Shown: positions 34,263 to 40,757, numbered from the stretch's first letter. The stretch is 64,000 nucleotides of DNA from an uncultured Desulfobacterales bacterium (GCA_964393645.1 CAYMUI010000034.1:5970-69969); one strand, 5' to 3'. Translations and numbers: made by a program. Notes: generated by a model from the sequence alone, not told the origin.

Positions 34263-34655
34263 TTAATAATCATGCCTGATACAACGATATGATTTGTTCT
34301 TGCCCACAATCTCAAGCCATCCCCCTGCTTTTATAGGAAAATTAAAACATACTGATTTGTCCACAAAGTTACTTTCGTAAAACACCTCAAACTCCACGAT
34401 AGAATCTCTTTTACCACCTGTGTTACAGTCCTTGTTTTTCCAGTTGCAACACGCATGTTTCCCTGGCTCTATGTACGCACGAAATGATTTAAGAGGGCGT
34501 CCTCCACGCTTTTGAATTACTGCCATCTTTCTGTCCGTATGATTGTAAACGCAAAATCCATAGCTTTTCTCTACCAGAAACAAAGACCCAAAAACTATTA
34601 TCATGATCAACAAACAGATCATCCTTTTCATAACTACATCCCCTTTTTTATTCAT
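34263..34655 (-). CDS. secreted Cys-rich small protein, paralog 5 of 7
   Basis: Signal peptide ...KSYG|FCVYNHTD. Core ACCNWKNKDCNTGGKRDSIVEF and FPIKAGGWLEI. The ORF-track start 34655 overlaps paralog 6. The ATG at 34631 (MKRMICLL..., preceded by AAAGGGGA) is the more likely start. Confidence 0.85.
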   Translation of the reverse strand: MNKKGDVVMKRMICLLIMIIVFGSLFLVEKSYGFCVYNHTDRKMAVIQKRGGRPLKSFRAYIEPGKHACCNWKNKDCNTGGKRDSIVEFEVFYESNFVDKSVCFNFPIKAGGWLEIVGKNKSYRCIRHDY

Positions 34656-35034
34656 GAGTAACGCAATGATATAGCTGTCCGTATTTTCCTCTTATCTCTA
34701 TCCATCCGCCTGCTGGAATAGGGCAACGGTGACATACCTCTTTGTCTATGAGCCTTCTTCCATCCTTGCTCGTAACTTTGTAGTACACATTGAACCTTAC
34801 GATAGAATCCCTTTTGCCCTCTTTGTTACAATCTCTGTTTTTCCAATTACAGCATGCATGTTGTCCCGGCATTAACTCTGCATAAAAGGATTTGAGAAAA
34901 CGGCCGCCGCTTACCTGTTTCACATACATAACCTTGTCTGTCTGGTTATATATGCAAAATCCATAAACCTTCCCCATGAAAGAAAGAAAACCGATGCTTA
35001 CTGCTAAGATAAAGATCTTTATCTTTCTTGTCAT
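34648..35034 (-). CDS. secreted Cys-rich small protein, paralog 6 of 7
   Basis: 128 aa. Signal peptide ...KVYG|FCIYNQTD. Core ACCNWKNRDCNKEGKRDSIVRF and CPIPAGGWIEI. AGGAGGTGG RBS upstream. Confidence 0.87.
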   Translation of the reverse strand: MTRKIKIFILAVSIGFLSFMGKVYGFCIYNQTDKVMYVKQVSGGRFLKSFYAELMPGQHACCNWKNRDCNKEGKRDSIVRFNVYYKVTSKDGRRLIDKEVCHRCPIPAGGWIEIRGKYGQLYHCVTHE

Positions 35035-35064
35035 GATCCACCTCCTAAGGATTGTTCTGTTTTT

Positions 35065-35442
35065 TTACTGATAATAACCTTTGCACTGATAATGTTGGTT
35101 TTTACCAACTACCTCTAACCAACCTCCCGCTTTTATAGGAAAGTCCTGACAGATCGGAACATATACTACGCTGTCCCGTCCTGTATGCAGTAGATATTCT
35201 ACCTTAAATCTTACAATAGAGTCTCTTTTTCCACCGGTATTGCAATCTTTGTTCTTCCAGTTGCAGCATGCATGATTATTAGCACTTATAATCGCCTTAA
35301 AACGCGATAAACCTTTACCTCCCTTTGTTTCTGTAACCATTATTTCCGCATCAGTCTTGTTGTAAACACAAAAGGCATAAGATGCACTTTCCAGAAGAAA
35401 AAGCATCAATGCAAGGATTAAAAAAGAAGCCACTCCTTTCAT
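35065..35442 (-). CDS. secreted Cys-rich small protein, paralog 7 of 7 (first gene after the sigma-54 promoter)
   Basis: 125 aa. Signal peptide ...ASYA|FCVYNKTD. Core ACCNWKNKDCNTGGKRDSIVRF and FPIKAGGWLEV. GGAGG at 35451-35455 lies 8 nt before the ATG. Confidence 0.88.
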   Translation of the reverse strand: MKGVASFLILALMLFLLESASYAFCVYNKTDAEIMVTETKGGKGLSRFKAIISANNHACCNWKNKDCNTGGKRDSIVRFKVEYLLHTGRDSVVYVPICQDFPIKAGGWLEVVGKNQHYQCKGYYQ

Positions 35443-35471
35443 TTTTGCTACCTCCTTTTTGCTTTACATTT

Positions 35472-35488
35472 AAGCAAAATCCATGCCA
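35472..35488 (-). promoter_or_regulatory. sigma-54 (-24/-12) promoter
   Basis: Minus strand reads TGGCATGGATTTTGCTT. GG at 35487-35486 and GC at 35475-35474 are separated by exactly 10 nt, matching the consensus TGGCAC-N5-TTGCW. It lies between the EBP stop (35509) and the paralog-7 ATG (35442). rpoN is encoded in the same window. Confidence 0.8.
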
Positions 35489-35508
35489 AAAATCTGCTCT
35501 TGCGAGCA

Positions 35509-36741
35509 TCATATTAAGCCATATTTTTGCAGCTTTTTTCTTAAACCTTCCCTGCTTATGCCAAGAATTTTGGCAGCTTCACTTTTGTTGTTACCAGTAT
35601 ATTTAAGGGTATCAAAGATGAGCTTCTTCTCCATCTCTGCTATAGAACACGGTGGGCTTAAAGGAGAAACTGAAACAGAGTCCTGAGAAAAACCTTGTCT
35701 GATATCTTCAGATAGATCTTCGGGACGAATTTCATCATAGGGTGCAAGGGCTACCAATCTTTCCACCTCATTTTCCAACTCCCTCACATTTCCTGGCCAG
35801 CTATACTTCTTCAGTATTTCCATAGCTTCTTGAGAAAAGCGCATATTTTTGCGTCCGTATCTCTGACTGTATATACGCAAAAAATTGTTTAAAAGTAGAG
35901 GAATATCATCCTTTCGCTCTCTTAAAGGCGGAATATGGATGTGAACCACATTTATCCTGAAATAAAGATCTTCTCTAAAACGACCCTCTTTTACTTCCTT
36001 TTTCAGGTCCTTATTAGTAGCAGCTATTATTCTTACATCTACAGGAATGCTTTTACTTCCTCCAACTCGGGTCACGGTTCTTTCTTCAAGAACTCTGAGT
36101 ATCTTGGCTTGACTCATTAAAGGCATATCTCCTATCTCATCTAAAAACAGGGTACCTCCATTAGCTTGTTCAATCCGACCTATTCTGCGATCAACTCCAG
36201 TTGCTACCCCCTTTTCTATACCAAACAGTTCGCTTTCAAAGAGGGTATCTGGAATTGCTGTACAATTGACCGCTATAAAAGGCTTATCTCTACGGATGCC
36301 ATTGTAATGAAGGATCTTGGCTATGAGTTCTTTTCCGGTCCCGGTTTCTCCGGTAATAAGAACGCTTACAGGCATATCGGCCAGTTTAAGCGCCTTCTCC
36401 ACTATTTCCACTATAGCCTTACTTTGTCCGATTATCCGTTTTGGAGAGAAATGTCTGTACACGGACTGCCGTAGACCTATGTTCTCTCTGGCCAGTTTTT
36501 CTTTAGCAAGCTGCAGTTCAGCCTGAACCTTTTTTAAATGATCTATTGTTTGCTTCAAATGAAATTCTCTTGCCTCCACTCGCACAAGCATGAGTCCAAA
36601 AGCTTCGGCAAGTGCATTTATATCCGGGGGATAAGATCCTTTTTTTGTCATCTCAAAAAGGGCTTTCGCTTCACCGTACTGTCCCAAAGCTATCTTTTCG
36701 GTAATGGTGATGAGCCGGTCAATCAGATCTTTATGATTCAT
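35509..36741 (-). CDS. sigma-54-dependent transcriptional activator (bacterial enhancer-binding protein) with a short non-canonical N-terminal domain
   Basis: 410 aa. AAA+ core with Walker A GETGTGKE, Walker B GGTLFLDEIG and RVGG...RIIAATN. C-terminal Fis-type HTH (NKSEAAKILGISREGLRKKL). The N-terminal ~100 aa is helical with no REC, PAS or GAF motifs that I can see. The GAFTGA position reads GVATGV. Confidence 0.9.
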   Translation of the reverse strand: MNHKDLIDRLITITEKIALGQYGEAKALFEMTKKGSYPPDINALAEAFGLMLVRVEAREFHLKQTIDHLKKVQAELQLAKEKLARENIGLRQSVYRHFSPKRIIGQSKAIVEIVEKALKLADMPVSVLITGETGTGKELIAKILHYNGIRRDKPFIAVNCTAIPDTLFESELFGIEKGVATGVDRRIGRIEQANGGTLFLDEIGDMPLMSQAKILRVLEERTVTRVGGSKSIPVDVRIIAATNKDLKKEVKEGRFREDLYFRINVVHIHIPPLRERKDDIPLLLNNFLRIYSQRYGRKNMRFSQEAMEILKKYSWPGNVRELENEVERLVALAPYDEIRPEDLSEDIRQGFSQDSVSVSPLSPPCSIAEMEKKLIFDTLKYTGNNKSEAAKILGISREGLRKKLQKYGLI

Positions 36742-36758
36742 GCCGACCTCACTCTATT

Positions 36759-37175
36759 TTAAGTCTTTTTTTTATAAGCAATAAGTTCGAGCACATTTGC
36801 GTTCTTCTCTCTTCTATAAGAGACCTTATCCATTATGTTCTTTATAAGAAAGATACCCAATCCTCCTATTTTTCTATCCGCCAAATCTGCTTTTATATCA
36901 GGGTCACGAACAGATAAAGGATTAAAAGGAATTCCCCAATCCCTTAGTTCAATCTTTAAACACCCCTCGCCAACACAGTAGCACTTCAGCTCTACATCAC
37001 CTGTCTTATCAGGATATGCATAGTTGCATACATTCACCAATGCCTCTTCTACTGCCATCTGTACTTTTATTATCTGTGCCTCATCAAAACCATTTTCTCT
37101 CATACATGATTTCACTATTTCTCTAAAATTGTTTATGTTATTTATGTGGGCTGGAAGCTTTAAGTAGTTGTTCAT
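36759..37175 (-). CDS. RsbW/SpoIIAB-like anti-sigma-type serine kinase (HATPase_c_2)
   Basis: 138 aa. N-box-like EEALVNVCNYAY, G1-like RDWGIPFNP, G2-like GGLGIFLIKNIMD. Lies 17 nt upstream of the EBP gene. Confidence 0.75.
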   Translation of the reverse strand: MNNYLKLPAHINNINNFREIVKSCMRENGFDEAQIIKVQMAVEEALVNVCNYAYPDKTGDVELKCYCVGEGCLKIELRDWGIPFNPLSVRDPDIKADLADRKIGGLGIFLIKNIMDKVSYRREKNANVLELIAYKKKT

Positions 37176-37249
37176 TCTTTAAGTAAATACCACAAACTGT
37201 ATTAATATGAAGCTAAACCAGATAACAAATCATAGTCAAGAAATTTTTG

Positions 37250-37277
37250 TTGAAAAATCCTTCAATCTCACTATAAT
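37250..37277 (+). promoter_or_regulatory. sigma-70-type promoter for secG-tRNA-Leu
   Basis: TTGAAA (37250-37255), a 16-nt spacer, then TATAAT (37272-37277). The secG ATG is only 11 nt after the -10 hexamer, so the leader would be very short or absent. Confidence 0.5.
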
Positions 37278-37288
37278 TAACTTTTGAG

Positions 37289-37597
37289 ATGATAAAGTTG
37301 TTACTGATAATATTACACATATGTCTGTGCTTTGTGTTAGTTGTAGTGGTACTACTGCAGAAAGGAAAAGGTGCTGACATAGGAGCAGTGTTTGGAGGAA
37401 CAAGTCAAACTCTTTTTGGAAGCACAGGTGCTGGTTCTTTCTTGCAAAAGGTTACAGCATTTGTAGCTGCAGCCTTTATACTGACTTCTCTCGTGTTGTC
37501 CGTATTTATGGCGCATCCGAAAAAGTCTGTAATGGAAAATGTAAAGGTCCCTGTTACTCAAACAAAGCAGAAGACCGAACATACAAGGAGTAAATAA
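37289..37597 (+). CDS. secG: preprotein translocase subunit SecG
   Basis: 102 aa. TM1, then LLQKGKGADIGAVFGG...LFGSTGAGSFL, then TM2, the canonical SecG layout. Confidence 0.9.
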   Translation: MIKLLLIILHICLCFVLVVVVLLQKGKGADIGAVFGGTSQTLFGSTGAGSFLQKVTAFVAAAFILTSLVLSVFMAHPKKSVMENVKVPVTQTKQKTEHTRSK

Positions 37598-37600
37598 TGT

Positions 37601-37684
37601 GCCGAAGTGGTGGAATTGGTAGACACGCTATCTTGAGGGGGTAGTGGGCGAAAGCCCGTGCGGGTTCGAGTCCCGCCTTCGGCA
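37601..37684 (+). tRNA. tRNA-Leu (anticodon GAG)
   Basis: Hand fold: acceptor GCCGAAG/CTTCGGC plus discriminator A, D-arm GTG..CAC, anticodon stem CTATC/GGTAG with loop TTGAGGG (GAG). Long variable arm GGGC-GAAA-GCCC and T-arm GCGGG-TTCGAGT-CCCGC. No encoded CCA. Confidence 0.93.
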
Positions 37685-37692
37685 CTTATTTT

Positions 37693-38514
37693 ATGAAAGT
37701 AGCTCAGTACTGCCTGAATGGAAAATTACAGGTTGGTTTGATAAAAGGGGATTTACTAATCCCCTTTAAATTTTGTGGAGACCTTAAATCCTTTATAAGC
37801 CTGCCTGAGCCTCCTCAAACAGACAATTCAAAAACGGTTTCGCTAAGAGAGGTAAAACTTGCCCCGCCCGTTGTAAATCCGAGTAAGATAATAGCTATAG
37901 GCCTGAATTATAAGGGTCACATAAAAGAGAGCAAGGGAAAACTGCCAAAATTTCCGTTGATATTTTCAAAATTTCCCAACAGCATCATAGGGCACGGGGA
38001 CATTATAAAGTGGAGCAGGAGTATAACAAAAAAAGTAGATTACGAAGCAGAACTGGCTGTGGTGATAGGTAAGAAAACAAAAAACATTTCTGAAAAAGAG
38101 GCATTAAAGGCTGTATTCGGATATACATGTGCAAATGATATAAGTGCAAGAGACCTTCAATTTGGAGACGGGCAGTGGACAAGAGGAAAGTCTCTGGATA
38201 CTTTCTGCCCGATTGGTCCATGGATAGTAACAAAAGAAGAATTGAGCCCTGATAATTTAAAAATAAGGTGCTATCTAAATGGTAACGTAATGCAGGACAG
38301 CAATACAAATCAGATGATATTTGATGTACCGGCTTTGATAAGTTTTATTTCAAAACACTTCACTCTCTACCCCGGTGATCTTATCCTTACAGGAACACCA
38401 GAAGGAGTCGGAGCCTTTAGAAAACCTTCGGTGTGGCTTAAAGATGGAGATAAGGTAGAAGTAGAAATAGAAGGAATAGGAAGGCTTTCTAATACTTGTA
38501 AAGAGTTAGAATAA
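37693..38514 (+). CDS. fumarylacetoacetate hydrolase (FAH) family protein
   Basis: 273 aa. GLNYKGH, EAELAVVIGK, GTPEGVG, typical of the FAH / 2-keto-4-pentenoate hydratase family. Confidence 0.88.
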   Translation: MKVAQYCLNGKLQVGLIKGDLLIPFKFCGDLKSFISLPEPPQTDNSKTVSLREVKLAPPVVNPSKIIAIGLNYKGHIKESKGKLPKFPLIFSKFPNSIIGHGDIIKWSRSITKKVDYEAELAVVIGKKTKNISEKEALKAVFGYTCANDISARDLQFGDGQWTRGKSLDTFCPIGPWIVTKEELSPDNLKIRCYLNGNVMQDSNTNQMIFDVPALISFISKHFTLYPGDLILTGTPEGVGAFRKPSVWLKDGDKVEVEIEGIGRLSNTCKELE

Positions 38515-39564
38515 CAGTGCTTTTACTACTTCATCGTGTATTAGCGGTCTAAAAGCCTTTATTTTATGATTATTTCTGCTCGGATGGATTCTGTTAGTTA
38601 GTAAAACGGCAATAATTCCTTTTTCCAAATCTATCCACACAGATGTACCCGTAAATCCTAAATGCCCGACGCTGTTGCTTGAAAAGAGAGTCCCGGCACT
38701 CGATTCACCCGTAGGCGTATCCCAACCCAGTGCCCATCTGCTGTTCTGTTTTTTAAAAAATTCTCTCACTGTTTCTCTCTTAAACAGATCACCTCTTTCA
38801 CCATAATAGTGACTTAGCAGGATGTAAGAAATAAGAAACAGCTCATCTGCGGTACTAAAAAGACCGGAATGTCCAGAATATCCTCCCAAAGCAAATGCAT
38901 TTTCGTCGTGAACTTCTGCCTGAATCACCCTCTTTCTCCATGTGCAAAGCTCTGTGGCAGCAAAATCGCGTACATGAAGTTTTTTATCAGGACATCCTAA
39001 AAATGTTCTATTTAGTTTTAATCTTTCATATATGCCCTTTAAAAGTGTTCTCATATCCGTGCCCGAAATTTCCTCTATCACATGTGCCAAAAGTATAAAA
39101 CCTAAGTCACTGTAAAGCTCGCCTTTTCCCGGAGGAAAAACGAGCTTCTCTTTTAAGATCCACTCTATTACCAGCTTTTTTCTCATTGCAAGAGGAAAAC
39201 CGGACAAGCTTAGATAATACGGCCTCCAGTCTGGAAGACCAGAACAGTGGCTTAAAAGCATTCTTATAGTAATGTCTTGTTTATCCACGGGAACGAAAAT
39301 TATACTGGACAATTTCATGTCCAGATCTAAGATCCCTTCTTCTGTAAGCTTCATAGCTATTAAAGAAGTGGCAAAAGGTTTAGTTAGAGAAGCAAGATCA
39401 AATATGGTCTCTTTTTGAATCGGGATGAGCTGAGGAATTTTCTTCGAATATCCCATTGCCAGTCGGATTAAAGGCTGACCCGAAATCCCTGCTACAAGAA
39501 CAACGCCCGGATATACCTCTTCCTTTAACCCTTTTAAGAGAAGCTCTCTTATCTTGGAACTCAT
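38506..39564 (-). CDS. serine hydrolase (class C beta-lactamase / DD-peptidase family)
   Basis: 352 aa with the SxxK motif SLTKPF, a YSD(LG) second motif and HLGFTG third motif. Confidence 0.8.
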   Translation of the reverse strand: MSSKIRELLLKGLKEEVYPGVVLVAGISGQPLIRLAMGYSKKIPQLIPIQKETIFDLASLTKPFATSLIAMKLTEEGILDLDMKLSSIIFVPVDKQDITIRMLLSHCSGLPDWRPYYLSLSGFPLAMRKKLVIEWILKEKLVFPPGKGELYSDLGFILLAHVIEEISGTDMRTLLKGIYERLKLNRTFLGCPDKKLHVRDFAATELCTWRKRVIQAEVHDENAFALGGYSGHSGLFSTADELFLISYILLSHYYGERGDLFKRETVREFFKKQNSRWALGWDTPTGESSAGTLFSSNSVGHLGFTGTSVWIDLEKGIIAVLLTNRIHPSRNNHKIKAFRPLIHDEVVKALLF

Positions 39565-40757
39565 AAAGGCACGGTTGCCTTATATATGGTAGCATCTCCT
39601 TTTATAACGTATCTGGGCATGATAGAAGGGATAAGAACAGAGTCTCCTCTTTGAAGCGCTACGCTTTTATCTGAATCAAGCAGACTTATCTCTGCGTTCC
39701 CATCTAAGACAATCATTATTTCCACAGCCCTGGACTTAGCAGAAAAGAAGTGAGTCCCTTCTTTTACCCTTATCTCATGTAAAGCAAACTCTTCAACTGG
39801 CGTTGGATAGACCACCTCTGTTTCCCCTAATGGGCTCGGCTTAAGTTTTTGAACCGGACTCGATTCAAATCTTAGTATGTTGAGAAGTTCTTTTACATCC
39901 ACATGCTTATGGGTAAGACCACCTCTCAGTACATTATCTGAATTTGCCATGAGTTCTACTCCGACCCCTTTTATGTATGCATGAAGTTCACCAGCAGGTA
40001 GAAATATAGCCTCTCTTGGCTCTAATACATACATGTTAAGTATAAGAGGCGAAAATATTCCGATGTCTTTTGGAAAGTACTTGTTAAGCCTTAAGACAAG
40101 AGAAAATACAGGGTCATCTTTCAGCTTCTCTGAACTGGATAAAAGTTCTGATATTGCGGACTCCTTTTTTTCTCCTTTAAGCTGCATAATAGCAGAGAAA
40201 AAAGGCTTCAACCCATCCTTTTCTAAGATTGAAATCTCCTCTTTCAAGGAATTAGGAACAGCCTTTTTCAAAAAGCCCAGTATCTCCTCCTCTTTTCTAA
40301 ATCCCTTGAGAGCTTCAAATCTCGTAATAGCACACAAAATCTCTGGCTTGTGATTTCTGTCTTTGTAATTCCTTTCCGGAGCATCTAAAGGAATACCCTG
40401 TCTGTTTTCTCTTTCAAAACCCTGAATTGCCTGTTCTTTATTAGGATGAGCTTGTATAGAAAGAGGCTTGTCCGCAGCTATTATCTTAAAAAGAAAAGGA
40501 AGCTGATTAGAGAATCGCTTTGCAACACTTTCTCCTAACACTTCTACCGGTTGTGCGGATATAAGCTCATCAAGTCTGATCCACTTTCCTTCCACCTCCA
40601 CTTCAGAAGGGGCTTTTGGATGCGCACCCATCCACAGCTCTGCCACAGGATTCTTGCTGGGAGTAGGCAGGCCAAGAATAGAGGGTATGGCTGTCCTTGA
40701 ACCCCACTCATATTCCTGGATCTTGTTTTTAAGTCTTAAAGGTCTCTTAAGTTCCAT
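39561..40757 (-). CDS. manA: mannose-6-phosphate isomerase, class I
   Basis: 398 aa. ELWMGAHP, LSIQAHPNK, NSDNVLRGGLT. Confidence 0.9.
   Translation of the reverse strand: MELKRPLRLKNKIQEYEWGSRTAIPSILGLPTPSKNPVAELWMGAHPKAPSEVEVEGKWIRLDELISAQPVEVLGESVAKRFSNQLPFLFKIIAADKPLSIQAHPNKEQAIQGFERENRQGIPLDAPERNYKDRNHKPEILCAITRFEALKGFRKEEEILGFLKKAVPNSLKEEISILEKDGLKPFFSAIMQLKGEKKESAISELLSSSEKLKDDPVFSLVLRLNKYFPKDIGIFSPLILNMYVLEPREAIFLPAGELHAYIKGVGVELMANSDNVLRGGLTHKHVDVKELLNILRFESSPVQKLKPSPLGETEVVYPTPVEEFALHEIRVKEGTHFFSAKSRAVEIMIVLDGNAEISLLDSDKSVALQRGDSVLIPSIMPRYVIKGDATIYKATVPL

Larger units (their letters stand above)
32706..35442 (-). repeat. tandem array of seven paralogous genes, unit length roughly 380-410 bp
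   Basis: Gene starts at 33056, 33447, 33858, 34242, 34631/34655, 35034 and 35442. The core segment is also conserved at the DNA level. Compare 34021-34075 (gtctcttttgcctccagtattacaatctttgttcttccagttgcagcacgcatg) with 35221-35275 (gtctctttttccaccggtattgcaatctttgttcttccagttgcagcatgcatg). Confidence 0.9.

Noticed and set aside
37601-37684. tRNA-Leu as an integration site for a genomic island
   Set aside because: No integrase, direct repeat of the tRNA 3' end, or compositional break is visible downstream. The next gene is an ordinary FAH-family enzyme starting 8 nt later.
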